A DNA stretch of 64,000 nt. Origin: a virus. Below the pieces are notes generated by a model, which ran no database searches, had not been told where the DNA came from, and was given only the letters and a program-made list of their open reading frames with translations. The stretch's first letter is position 1. Each line of letters starts with the position of its first letter. The stretch lies in IMG/VR virus record IMGVR_UViG_3300025684_000010; one strand, given 5' to 3'. The translations under genes and the position numbers were made by a program. Positions 18,424 to 27,556 of this stretch are shown one piece after another.

Positions 18424-18750
18424 ATGAAATTTGACTTAAACGGAAAACAACGTACTGACGCTTACCAAGGTACCTTTGATACTTTTTGTGCTGAAGATAT
18501 GCTGAGTGTTGAGACTATCAAGACTTACGTGAAAAGCATGAACAAAGAACTTAAATATGCTGGTGCTGTCGATAGACGTGGATCACCATTGAGATACAGA
18601 GTTTGTGTTAAAGCAAGAAAGCCAATCCACAAAGTTCTTAATAAGAGAACAGGAAATATGATTGGTCATACTTTCCATGGAGATGTTATCGGTGGAATGG
18701 GTAATGCTGCCGCTGTTGATGTTTATATCCAAAGAAGGTGTATGCTGTAA
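18424..18750 (+). CDS. hypothetical protein
   Basis: ORF behind a promoter. Confidence 0.6.
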   Translation: MKFDLNGKQRTDAYQGTFDTFCAEDMLSVETIKTYVKSMNKELKYAGAVDRRGSPLRYRVCVKARKPIHKVLNKRTGNMIGHTFHGDVIGGMGNAAAVDVYIQRRCML

Positions 18751-18798
18751 TGTTGAAAGAATTTAAAATTAATTATGTAAAAACAGGAGATATAAATT

Positions 18799-19752
18799 AT
18801 GCATGAATTAGAAATAGTAAATGGTGAAGCGGCAATGGCTTATCGTCAATCGTCAGGAGTACCATGGCATGGTCTTGGAGTTCCGGTTGAAGACAACATG
18901 ACACCAATCGAAATGATGAAGGCTGCGAATCTGGATTGGAAAGTATCCAAGCAACCATCCTTTGTAGAAATTAATGGAGAAAAGGTACTTACAGGTCAAG
19001 AAGCATTGGTTAGAGAAACTGATGGTAAGATTTTGACTAACGTATCTGGTAATTGGAAACCATGTCAAAACGAAGATGCATTTAACTTCTTCAACGATTT
19101 TGTTGGTGCAGGTGATATGCAGATGGATACAGCTGGTAGTCTTAAGGACGGTCAAATCGTTTTTGCTGCTGCTGATGTTAAAGACGGTTTTACCCTCGCA
19201 GGTGGAGATGAAGTAAAAGGTTACCTTCTATTTTCTAATCCTCATGTATATGGTAAGTCCATCGATGTTAAATTCATTATGACAAGAGTTGTTTGTAATA
19301 ATACATTGTCTATGGCTTTAACTGAACGTGGTCAACCTGCAGTTAGGTTATCACACAGAAACCACTTTAATCCAGAAATGGTTAAAGAGTTGTTAGGTAT
19401 CTCTCACAATCGTGTAGAGCAATTCAAAGAAGCCGCAGAATTCCTTTCATCGAAAAGATACTCTGATAAAGCTTTCAAGTTATTCCTATCGCAAGTATTC
19501 GGTACTTCAAATCAAGAAGGCAAGATCCTCTCAAGGACTGCTGAACGTGCATTGGAAATCGTTGATACACAACCTGGAGCTGATATGGCAAGAGGAACGT
19601 GGTGGAATGCTTACAACGCAGTAACATATATGACTGACCATGAAATGGGAAGGTCCGCTGATACAAGAGCTACAGCTGCTTGGTTCGGACATAACGCAAA
19701 AAGAAAGCTTGATGCTCTCGATACGGCAGTTAAAATGGCGGAGGTGGCGTAA
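18799..19752 (+). CDS. DUF932 / TIGR03299-type phage-plasmid protein
   Basis: PWHGLG, MDTAGSLKDG, RVVCNNTL, H...F and GTWWNAYNAVT motifs. Confidence 0.85.
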   Translation: MHELEIVNGEAAMAYRQSSGVPWHGLGVPVEDNMTPIEMMKAANLDWKVSKQPSFVEINGEKVLTGQEALVRETDGKILTNVSGNWKPCQNEDAFNFFNDFVGAGDMQMDTAGSLKDGQIVFAAADVKDGFTLAGGDEVKGYLLFSNPHVYGKSIDVKFIMTRVVCNNTLSMALTERGQPAVRLSHRNHFNPEMVKELLGISHNRVEQFKEAAEFLSSKRYSDKAFKLFLSQVFGTSNQEGKILSRTAERALEIVDTQPGADMARGTWWNAYNAVTYMTDHEMGRSADTRATAAWFGHNAKRKLDALDTAVKMAEVA

Positions 19753-19774
19753 GCCCCTCCTTTAAGGAAGAAGT

Positions 19775-19909
19775 ATGAAAATTAAAATTGAAATAGAACT
19801 TGATACGGAAAGAGATGCACAAGAAATCAGTGACTTGATGGAAATTGCTAATCGTATTAGGAATAACGTTGACGAGGCGGATGACTACGAGGTGGGTGAG
19901 TATGAGTAA
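19775..19909 (+). CDS. small hypothetical protein (44 aa, MKIKIEIELDT...)
   Basis: Read by eye, SD AAGGA. Confidence 0.5.
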   Translation: MKIKIEIELDTERDAQEISDLMEIANRIRNNVDEADDYEVGEYE

Positions 19910-20915
19910 AGTTCTTATAACTGGTGGTTGCGGATTTGTAGGTACAAATCTTCTTCCACTATTGAAAGCCGAAGGTCATGATGTAGTGATCGTCGATAAT
20001 CTTTCGCAATCTGTATATGTATCAGAGTTCCATGATCGAGCCAAGTTCTACGAAGAAGACATACGTAATGCTAAAGAGTTACAAGATATCTTCAATATAG
20101 AAAAGCCTGATGTTGTATTCCATTTTGGTGGTTTAGTGTCTATCTATGATTGCCACAATCATCCTGTAGAGGCTGCAACTAATAACATTGTTGGTTCTAT
20201 TAACGTATTTGAAGCTGCCTTACAAGCAGGCTGTGAGAGAGTTATCTTTTCTGAAACTTCTGCGGTATATGAAAACGTTGATTTACCTGAAGATGGTTAT
20301 AAAGAAGATACTTCAGATCCTACAACATTCTATGCTGCTTCTAAAGCATCCGTTGCTTTGATTGCTGATAGCTTCGCAAGAACAAGAGGCTTGAAGTATA
20401 CTGCATTGAGATACTTTAATATCGCAGGACCAATTCAAGACTATAAGAGAACAGTGCCTCCATTATTTGCTGGTTTTGCTCTAAGGCTATTGGGTGGTAA
20501 TAATCCAATCGTATTTGGAGACGGTACTCGAAGGCGTGATTTTATTCATGTTGACGACGTAAACAGGTTTCACTTACAATGCTTAACAGACGATAGAACA
20601 GTCAATGAAACTTTCAATCTTGGTATGGCAAGTAGTCATTCACTACATGAAATTGGTACGATCATCTTCGAATACTTAAGAGACGAGGTTACCTTGGATT
20701 ACCTTGAGTATGACCAAATGGACGAAATCAATGGAGAAGCCCATACGATATTTGCTAATATTGAAAAAGCTAAAGCCATCGGTTGGGTTCCTGAGAAGAC
20801 GATACAGGATGCCATATTTGATACGATAGATTACCTGAAGAAGGAAATTGAGTCAGGCAACGTTAACCCTAGTGACTTTATGAAGGACCTAGACACATCA
20901 AAGGTAAAAATATAA
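19902..20915 (+). CDS. NAD-dependent nucleotide-sugar epimerase/dehydratase (GalE-like)
   Basis: GGCGFVG, YAASK, LRYFN and GDGTRRRDFIHV motifs. Start moved to MSKVL. Confidence 0.9.
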   Translation: MSKVLITGGCGFVGTNLLPLLKAEGHDVVIVDNLSQSVYVSEFHDRAKFYEEDIRNAKELQDIFNIEKPDVVFHFGGLVSIYDCHNHPVEAATNNIVGSINVFEAALQAGCERVIFSETSAVYENVDLPEDGYKEDTSDPTTFYAASKASVALIADSFARTRGLKYTALRYFNIAGPIQDYKRTVPPLFAGFALRLLGGNNPIVFGDGTRRRDFIHVDDVNRFHLQCLTDDRTVNETFNLGMASSHSLHEIGTIIFEYLRDEVTLDYLEYDQMDEINGEAHTIFANIEKAKAIGWVPEKTIQDAIFDTIDYLKKEIESGNVNPSDFMKDLDTSKVKI

Positions 20916-21238
20916 TGAATAACAGATATGCAGAATCGGACGGAAGAAAGCGCGGTGGTAAAGGTGATAGGAACTTCGATAAAGAAGCTACTGAACTATT
21001 AAAAGGGTTATCAGAAAGACAACTCTATCAGCTATTTGAGATCGCTCACACTGAGTCAAAACGACCATGCTCTGACGAAAGAATGATGGAATTAGAGGCT
21101 GTTAAGAAAGCCATTAAGAAATCTCCTTTAGTTGAACTGTATAGGTTCAGTCGTATCATCGACGGTTATCAATCAGAGATGGCAAGAACTGGTAATCCAA
21201 AGGATGGTCAATATAAACCAATTAAGAAAAAGGCATAA
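20915..21238 (+). CDS. hypothetical protein
   Basis: ORF track, coupled. Confidence 0.55.
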   Translation: MNNRYAESDGRKRGGKGDRNFDKEATELLKGLSERQLYQLFEIAHTESKRPCSDERMMELEAVKKAIKKSPLVELYRFSRIIDGYQSEMARTGNPKDGQYKPIKKKA

Positions 21239-21240
21239 TC

Positions 21241-21324
21241 GTTATAACCATATAACGAAAAGTTCTAAATAAAATGATTTATTTTCATAAAACTATTGAC
21301 ATTCTTTATGAAACCATATATAAT
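21241..21324 (+). promoter_or_regulatory. composite early promoter repeat
   Basis: gttataaccatataac at 21241; ttcataaa/tttatgaa arms at 21284 and 21305; TTGACA at 21296, TATAAT at 21319. Confidence 0.85.
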
Positions 21325-21355
21325 GGTTGTATAAATTGAAAAAAGGAACAAAGAT

Positions 21356-21877
21356 ATGAAATTAGTAATTCACACACAATATAAAGAAAACTACTCAGCT
21401 CACAATGATGACTGGACTGGTCCTTCTGAAAACGACCATTGGAAATTCAAAGGTGGTTCCACTTACGTGGTTGCTGACATTCAGTCTTCTGTTCTGTATA
21501 CCGGCAGTGTATCTGCTAATGCTCTATATGAGATCGTTGATTCTGTTAGAGAATTGATCTGTTACTCAAATGGTGCTTCTGAGGAGTATATCATTGATTG
21601 GGAAGTAATGAATGACGGTGCTACCGTTTGTGAACATTGGGAAACACCAGTTCAGTTATGCTTCAAAGATAATCAGTGGACAGCCATGAAGGTTTCTGAT
21701 AATAGAGGAGAAAGTGGTCATATGAGAAAGGAGATTCTCGAAGCCACTGAGACTTGGGTTCTTGAAAAAGACAATGAAAGGACTGATTATAAGTCTGAGT
21801 ATTTGATGGAAGATGGAGACATCGTTTCATACCAAGAGTTAAGCAAGTGGTTTGAAGATCATAAGGAGGTAGCGTAA
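21356..21877 (+). CDS. hypothetical protein (KLVIHTQYKENY...WKFKGG)
   Basis: ORF behind a promoter. Confidence 0.65.
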   Translation: MKLVIHTQYKENYSAHNDDWTGPSENDHWKFKGGSTYVVADIQSSVLYTGSVSANALYEIVDSVRELICYSNGASEEYIIDWEVMNDGATVCEHWETPVQLCFKDNQWTAMKVSDNRGESGHMRKEILEATETWVLEKDNERTDYKSEYLMEDGDIVSYQELSKWFEDHKEVA

Positions 21878-21878
21878 T

Positions 21879-22094
21879 ATGAATAAGTTTCCTTTACAAG
21901 CAACTGCTGGGTATGTCATGGGTGTTATTGCACTCGTCGCTGTGTTCTTCGCTTTAACAACCGCTCTTGATATTCCTGATGTATACGTATCGCATTCTAC
22001 TGATGAGTGTGTTACGGTCATTAACTATACCGACGAGGATATTTACTCTTGTGAGAATATGCCTACGAAGTATAACAAAGTTTGGGTGAAGTAA
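21879..22094 (+). CDS. small membrane protein
   Basis: One hydrophobic segment and a Cys pair. Confidence 0.55.
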   Translation: MNKFPLQATAGYVMGVIALVAVFFALTTALDIPDVYVSHSTDECVTVINYTDEDIYSCENMPTKYNKVWVK

Positions 22095-22096
22095 TT

Positions 22097-22318
22097 ATGG
22101 AAATATTAGAAAACTTAGTTGGATTCATTTTTGTCTCTGTATTTTTTATATTCAGTTATATAGGAATACATATGTCGTTTGAGAAAGATGCAAAGAAAAG
22201 CATTCCTTTAATTTGGGAGAAAGGTGGAATCCTCCACAAGTTTCTAAAACCGCAAGAATATACGGACGGTGTTTTTGATAAGTCTAAAATTAAATATCGA
22301 GATGGAGACAATACATAA
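22097..22318 (+). CDS. small membrane protein
   Basis: N-terminal hydrophobic segment. Confidence 0.55.
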   Translation: MEILENLVGFIFVSVFFIFSYIGIHMSFEKDAKKSIPLIWEKGGILHKFLKPQEYTDGVFDKSKIKYRDGDNT

Positions 22319-22534
22319 ATGAGACCATTAATTGAATACTATAATTCTGCAGCAGACTCTGTTGTATCGTATTTTAAGTCGGTTGATTGGGTAAGAGTAG
22401 GTAAGTTAATAATTTGTGTTCCTATAGCAGTCGTTTGGACACCAACGTTCTTTGTAATAGAAAATGTATACAAAGGCTGTAGTTGGTTCAATGTATTTGG
22501 TGGTGAAATTATGGAGAGGTTTTTAAATGATTGA
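22319..22534 (+). CDS. hypothetical protein
   Basis: ORF track. Confidence 0.5.
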   Translation: MRPLIEYYNSAADSVVSYFKSVDWVRVGKLIICVPIAVVWTPTFFVIENVYKGCSWFNVFGGEIMERFLND

Positions 22535-22853
22535 GATATTAAAAGAAGTTACCGATTGGGGCGATCACACGATCACTAATGGTTTCTATCACGTAAATGG
22601 TCAAACACAACTTGTGGCTTATCAAGCTCCAGGTGGAGAACTCAAAGTCTTTAATTCACCAATGAAACAATTCTCAAAATCAAGACGTAAGTTTGTAAAG
22701 GTCGGAGACTATCAAGAGAAAGGATCTCTCGGTGGTACGGCAGTAAAAGGAAGTAACGGTAGTACCTATTATATCACGAATGGTAAATGTTCTTGTAAAG
22801 GATTTACCTTCCGTGGTGACTGTAAACACATAAAACAATTAGAGGTGGCATAA
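22527..22853 (+). CDS. SWIM zinc-finger protein
   Basis: YYITNGKCSCKGFTFRGDCKHI matches CxC...CxH. Confidence 0.75.
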   Translation: MIEILKEVTDWGDHTITNGFYHVNGQTQLVAYQAPGGELKVFNSPMKQFSKSRRKFVKVGDYQEKGSLGGTAVKGSNGSTYYITNGKCSCKGFTFRGDCKHIKQLEVA

Positions 22854-23233
22854 TGGAACAGAAAGACGCGATCATTGAAAACAAAGTAAGGGATTACTTC
22901 GAAGCTTTTGGAAATAAGGATGAACAGACTCTATGTAAGATGTTTGACTCCGATATCCATTTAACCGATAGTCACGTTGACTGTAAAGGTATCGTAGAGG
23001 TACTTCAAGCCAACGAAACTATCTTTAATAACTGTTTAAGGATTACTCCTATTATTGATGATATCATCATTGATGGTAATAATGTATGTGCAGTGATTGA
23101 CATTGAAATCATGACTGAAGGTACTGATCCTATAAACGATTATGCCGAGAATCATGTAACCTTAAAGGTAGTTGATCTTATTCAGTTTAATGATGAAGGA
23201 TTAATTACACGAATATCTGCATATAAGCAGTAG
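22853..23233 (+). CDS. SnoaL/NTF2-like protein
   Basis: YFEAF..KD...L..MF, VVDLIQFNDEGLITRISAY; 126 aa. Confidence 0.7.
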   Translation: MEQKDAIIENKVRDYFEAFGNKDEQTLCKMFDSDIHLTDSHVDCKGIVEVLQANETIFNNCLRITPIIDDIIIDGNNVCAVIDIEIMTEGTDPINDYAENHVTLKVVDLIQFNDEGLITRISAYKQ

Positions 23234-23241
23234 GAGAAATT

Positions 23242-23412
23242 ATGGATGAAAGAGTCCTAAAAGAAATTCAGTTAGCACGTAATCTCGCAAGAGAGATTCA
23301 ATGGGTTATAGATTCTGGTGGTGTAATGCCTGTTCAGATCCGTAAGCAATATGATCCTCTTAAAAAGTTTTACGACGAATGTTTGGCTGAAGAAAACTCG
23401 ATCTTTTATTGA
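23242..23412 (+). CDS. small hypothetical protein (56 aa)
   Basis: Read by eye, SD AGGAG. Confidence 0.55.
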   Translation: MDERVLKEIQLARNLAREIQWVIDSGGVMPVQIRKQYDPLKKFYDECLAEENSIFY

Positions 23413-23425
23413 GAGTGAGTGTTTG

Positions 23426-23433
23426 TATAAATA
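23426..23433 (+). promoter_or_regulatory. late promoter TATAAATA
   Basis: Exact consensus. Confidence 0.7.
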
Positions 23434-23489
23434 GCTGTGGAATCGTTTATCGGTTTCGTGAAAATAACTTCAAATGTAAGGAATCTTAA

Positions 23490-23600
23490 ATGAAAGCAAT
23501 CATCAACCGATTGCGTTTCAGTAGTGACATTTGTATTGAGTGTATTATATTTTCGGTCTTTATCGGAACGACATTATTTAGCTTGAGTACTATTGCCTAG
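23490..23600 (+). CDS. small hydrophobic peptide (36 aa)
   Basis: MKAIINRLRFSSDICIECIIFSVFIGTTLFSLSTIA; SD AAGGA, own late promoter and terminator. Confidence 0.5.
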   Translation: MKAIINRLRFSSDICIECIIFSVFIGTTLFSLSTIA

Positions 23601-23625
23601 CCTGGTGCAATCAAATAAGAACTTT

Positions 23626-23651
23626 AGGGATCCGCAAGGGTCCCTTTTTTT
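23626..23651 (+). terminator. intrinsic terminator at the strand-convergence point
   Basis: agggatcc-GCAA-gggtccct followed by a T run. Confidence 0.85.
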
Positions 23652-23658
23652 ATCTCCC

Positions 23659-25704
23659 TTATTTAGAAGTGGCAATGAACACACCATTCCAGTCTTTAGG
23701 TAGATCTTGAGTCTTCATATATTCACAACGCTCAATCCACATTGTATAATAACCTTTCATCTGTCCTTCGAAGCATTCCATTAAATCATTACATATTTTA
23801 ATTGCTTTATCAAAGTTTTGTTTCTGATAATTCATATACATGGCTTCATGCATTTCAATAGGTTTAAGATACTTATCTTTATTTAAATCAAGTACAGTAT
23901 GTATTCCTACACCAACCGTCTTACCTTTTACTGCAAGATCATCTACTTTTAAGAAAAGGAATTCTTCAGGATTACATCTGTTAACTGTTTCTTCTCCTAC
24001 TAATAATAGGCATCCATATTCTTTACATTTAGATTCGATCCTTGCAGCAGTTGATACTGCATCTCCAAGTATATCGTAACTGTGTCGTGATGTACTTCCC
24101 ATTTCACCAATATAACCAAGACCGCTATTAATGCCAGCACCCATACCAATAGGTGGTCGTCCTTCTTTAACAATCTTATCATTAAACTTCTCCACTGCTC
24201 TTAACATACGTATACCTGTTCTTACCGCAGATTTTGCGTGGTCTTCGTCTTCCATTGGAGCATTATGTATATGCATACTTGCGTCTCCAATGTACTTGAT
24301 TATCATTCCATTCGCATCTAAGACAGGTTGCGTGATAGCGTCCATATAACCATTCATAAGATCAGTCAGTCCTCTAACATCATCTCCAAAGGATTCGCCT
24401 AATGGTGTAAACCCTCTCAGATCTGAAAAGACAATACTTACATCTTTTTTCATTCCTTCCTTGACAAGTCCTGGGTTTTGTTGTAAAATAGTAACAACTT
24501 CAGGAGAACAGTAACCAGCGAATTGTTTCATGATTTCGCGTTTTTCTAAAAATGTTAAATAGTATTTGTTAAAAGAAGATTGTGCAAACACCACTAAGGA
24601 TCCCAATGAAATCAAAGTTGCGTCAACAAATGTTAAAGAAGCAGTCCAAAGGTAATGACTCACTCCGTATGCAGAACCGACGAGAGCAAGAGACGTTACC
24701 ACCCCAAGACCTATGGGTAAAATATAGACCGCTGCAAGGATACCTAGACTCACTAAAACCAGAAAGGCAAGCTCGAATATTGCAGACCAGTCGGGAATGC
24801 GTATTTCGTATCCTGAAAGCAAGGTCTGAATCAACTGAGCTTGAACTTCGTGGGGATACATTGCACCCGTTGGGGTTGCGACTGGATTAGAATAGCCTTC
24901 GGCGGTTATTCCAAAGACAAGTACTTTTCCTGCTGGTAATGGATCAGTGATACTTACTTGTTTGAATTGATTCCAAAAGGCAATAGGTACTTCAGCATTA
25001 CTATTTGTTGTAATAGGATCTTGACGACCCATACGAATCCATTCCACTCCTTGTGGACCTACCTTCATTTGATAGGAAGACTCTCCAGAGAAGACCCGCA
25101 AAGTTTCAAGAGCGAGACTGGGATATTGATTTCCTGCTGCATTGACAACAAGTGGGCTTCTTCGCACAATCCCAGTTGGTTCGTCAGGTACTGCAAGTAC
25201 ACCGCCAATGCCAAAGGCAAAACTAGAAAGGTCATCAATGGGATAAAGTAAGCCCGGAATATTGTAGAGCCAGTTTGCATCTTGGTCACCAAATGTAGCA
25301 ACACCGACAAAGTTGCCTACACCTCCGCTTGTTTGTTGAGTTGGAGCAGAAGCCAATACAACAGCCTTGGTTGCCATTGCTTCCTGTAATAAATGATCTT
25401 CTTTGAATCTATCTGCTTCTGAATAAATTACATTGAGTATATAAAGAGAATCGTCAGGCCCAGACTCAATATACTTAGCCACAGAACCACGAGGCCAAGG
25501 ATATTGACCTTCGGCGGAGATTGCGGCTTCGTCGATGTTGACGAGGACCACGTCTTCAATAATCTCTTTTTCTTTAGCCTGCTGTAACGAGTCATAGTAA
25601 GCGTATTCTATACTTTGTATAATGTCCGGGTTAGATACTGACAGAACTCCAAATCCTGCGATAGTAAGTAATACCGTCCACCATTGGGTTAACGTTTTAA
25701 ACAT
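23659..25704 (-). CDS. CHASE2-domain membrane adenylate cyclase (class III)
   Basis: N-terminal TM; CHASE2 motifs (VLVNIDE, YPWPRG, GIVRR, YPSLALE, PHEVQAQ); three TM helices; catalytic domain FSDLRGFT, KYIGD, GINSG and YDILGDAVSTAAR. Confidence 0.92.
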   Translation of the reverse strand: MFKTLTQWWTVLLTIAGFGVLSVSNPDIIQSIEYAYYDSLQQAKEKEIIEDVVLVNIDEAAISAEGQYPWPRGSVAKYIESGPDDSLYILNVIYSEADRFKEDHLLQEAMATKAVVLASAPTQQTSGGVGNFVGVATFGDQDANWLYNIPGLLYPIDDLSSFAFGIGGVLAVPDEPTGIVRRSPLVVNAAGNQYPSLALETLRVFSGESSYQMKVGPQGVEWIRMGRQDPITTNSNAEVPIAFWNQFKQVSITDPLPAGKVLVFGITAEGYSNPVATPTGAMYPHEVQAQLIQTLLSGYEIRIPDWSAIFELAFLVLVSLGILAAVYILPIGLGVVTSLALVGSAYGVSHYLWTASLTFVDATLISLGSLVVFAQSSFNKYYLTFLEKREIMKQFAGYCSPEVVTILQQNPGLVKEGMKKDVSIVFSDLRGFTPLGESFGDDVRGLTDLMNGYMDAITQPVLDANGMIIKYIGDASMHIHNAPMEDEDHAKSAVRTGIRMLRAVEKFNDKIVKEGRPPIGMGAGINSGLGYIGEMGSTSRHSYDILGDAVSTAARIESKCKEYGCLLLVGEETVNRCNPEEFLFLKVDDLAVKGKTVGVGIHTVLDLNKDKYLKPIEMHEAMYMNYQKQNFDKAIKICNDLMECFEGQMKGYYTMWIERCEYMKTQDLPKDWNGVFIATSK

Positions 25705-26641
25705 TCTTTCTGAATTCTTTTACTGTATTAATTAGATTCCTTACATTCTCAACTGGAGTTGTTTTATCAATACCATGAGCAAGGTTTACAATGTAAGGTC
25801 TATCTTTCATCTTTTCGAGAACAGGAGTAATATCTTCTCCTTTAATTAATCTCTTAACAGATATGCCACCCTGAATTACTTCACCATTAATTTCGTCAAC
25901 TGGTAAATCATCACTAATATTAATTGCATCAGGATTTACTTGTTCAATATAATCATTAATTAATGGACCTACTAATCGTGGGAATGCGATAATACATACT
26001 TCAGGATACCAAACTCTTACTACATCAACTATTGTTTTTGTTGGTGTAATTACAAATTCTTGAAAGTCCTCATTAGATATTTCACCTGCATGAGAATCAA
26101 AGATTTGTACTGTATCACAACCTGCTTCTATTTGGTGTAATAAGTGATTAATAATATATGGTATTAGTTTTTGTACGACATCTAATTTTTGTTCACCATC
26201 ACACATGTATTTACATAATGTCCATGGAGCTGCCGCAAATCCAATTAGAGATTTACTGTCGTCAAGTTCTTCTCTTACCTTTCTTATTGCTTCATAAACG
26301 GGTTCACACCTTTCTAAAAAAGTATCAAGTGGAGTATCGAAGAATGATTCTTTATATGGACCTAAGTCAGGGGAAGGATTATAATCGAGTTCTTGGCCGA
26401 GTGCGTAATTAATTACAAGTATATCACTAAAGATAATTGCTGCATCCATATCAAATTCTAATATAGGTTGCATTGTGATTTCAGCTGCCTTCCATGGAGT
26501 CATTGCCATGTCTAAGAAACCATTCGATTTTGCTTTCATTGCCATATACTCTGGCATGTATCGACCTGCTTGTCTCATTAACCAAACTGGGTATAGGTTT
26601 GTTTCTTTATCTTGTATGACTCTTTGTAATAGTGTTTTCAT
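25697..26641 (-). CDS. hemE: uroporphyrinogen decarboxylase
   Basis: PVWLMRQAGRYMPEY, AAIIFSDIL, GFAAAPWTLCKY, QIFDS and NLAHGI motifs. Confidence 0.93.
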   Translation of the reverse strand: MKTLLQRVIQDKETNLYPVWLMRQAGRYMPEYMAMKAKSNGFLDMAMTPWKAAEITMQPILEFDMDAAIIFSDILVINYALGQELDYNPSPDLGPYKESFFDTPLDTFLERCEPVYEAIRKVREELDDSKSLIGFAAAPWTLCKYMCDGEQKLDVVQKLIPYIINHLLHQIEAGCDTVQIFDSHAGEISNEDFQEFVITPTKTIVDVVRVWYPEVCIIAFPRLVGPLINDYIEQVNPDAINISDDLPVDEINGEVIQGGISVKRLIKGEDITPVLEKMKDRPYIVNLAHGIDKTTPVENVRNLINTVKEFRKNV

Positions 26642-26677
26642 AATATACTCTTTGTTGAAATTAATTTAAGAAATCCA

Positions 26678-26706
26678 TTGACAGATTGCTATAGTTGTGT
26701 TATAAT
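26678..26706 (+). promoter_or_regulatory. sigma70 consensus promoter facing antisense into the curli operon
   Basis: TTGACA-gattgctatagttgtgt-TATAAT; no + strand gene follows. Confidence 0.65.
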
Positions 26707-26738
26707 AGATTTATCAAATCGTTAATACTACAATAGAT

Positions 26739-27548
26739 TCAGTCTTGTGTTACCGATGTTGAGCAACCACCAACAGTCATACAGTTAACTGATACTGAAT
26801 ATGTTTGATTTGTATCACTCATTTGAATCAAAGTAAGATCCGTTCCATATAGACCATCAAGTGTTATCGTTGCGTTGTGAGTTGCACCAGTACCTTTCTG
26901 ACGAACGAATACATCGTTATAGTCATTGTAAATTGTTAAATCAGTATTCTTTCTTCCATTACTTTGTTGTTTAATTTTAACTTCATTACTATCACCTGCT
27001 AAATGTAAATCAAAATTATGTCCATCGCTCGAACCTGTTTGGTTCGTTTGTTGAACTGCTAATTGATTGTTGTCTCCATACATTGTGATTCCAATATCAT
27101 GTCCACCCGATTCATAAAGATCACCATACCAAGTTAAATCTGTATCAGAATCTAATGTAGTCCACGCAACACCTTGTGCAAGTTTCATTTGATTACCTGA
27201 ACCACTTACTTCGTCGAATATAATCGTATTCGTCATTGCAGATGGATTGGTATTGTACTGAACCAAATACATATCTAAACTTGATGCTGTAATGTATGAC
27301 TGAGTACCAAACATACTGACTTCATTAGCGTGACCATATTGATCTATACCTAATTGAAAAGTATCACCAGTTTGTTCCATTGTAATTAAGTTATCGGCGT
27401 TAGCGGCTAATGGTAGCACAACAAGTACGCCTATGAAAAATCCAACACAGAACCATACCGCCAAATCCTTGCCTGTCCAGATATGTGGCCCAACTGATTT
27501 GCGGAACATCTCCCAAGCTCGTTCCTCATTTGTATCTTTATATTTCAT
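26739..27548 (-). CDS. curlin-like secreted protein (CsgA/CsgB-like)
   Basis: Hydrophobic segment ending ANA-D; repeated QxGxxN-type strands (EQTGD, DQYGHAN, QQTN, KQQSN, RQKG); C-terminal Cys pair. Confidence 0.65.
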   Translation of the reverse strand: MKYKDTNEERAWEMFRKSVGPHIWTGKDLAVWFCVGFFIGVLVVLPLAANADNLITMEQTGDTFQLGIDQYGHANEVSMFGTQSYITASSLDMYLVQYNTNPSAMTNTIIFDEVSGSGNQMKLAQGVAWTTLDSDTDLTWYGDLYESGGHDIGITMYGDNNQLAVQQTNQTGSSDGHNFDLHLAGDSNEVKIKQQSNGRKNTDLTIYNDYNDVFVRQKGTGATHNATITLDGLYGTDLTLIQMSDTNQTYSVSVNCMTVGGCSTSVTQD

Positions 27549-27556
27549 ATTTTTAT

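Noticed and set aside
23659-25704. Pycsar-type defence cyclase
   Set aside because: It has a CHASE2/TM sensor architecture and K/D adenine specifiers, and no adjacent TIR or TM effector of that type.
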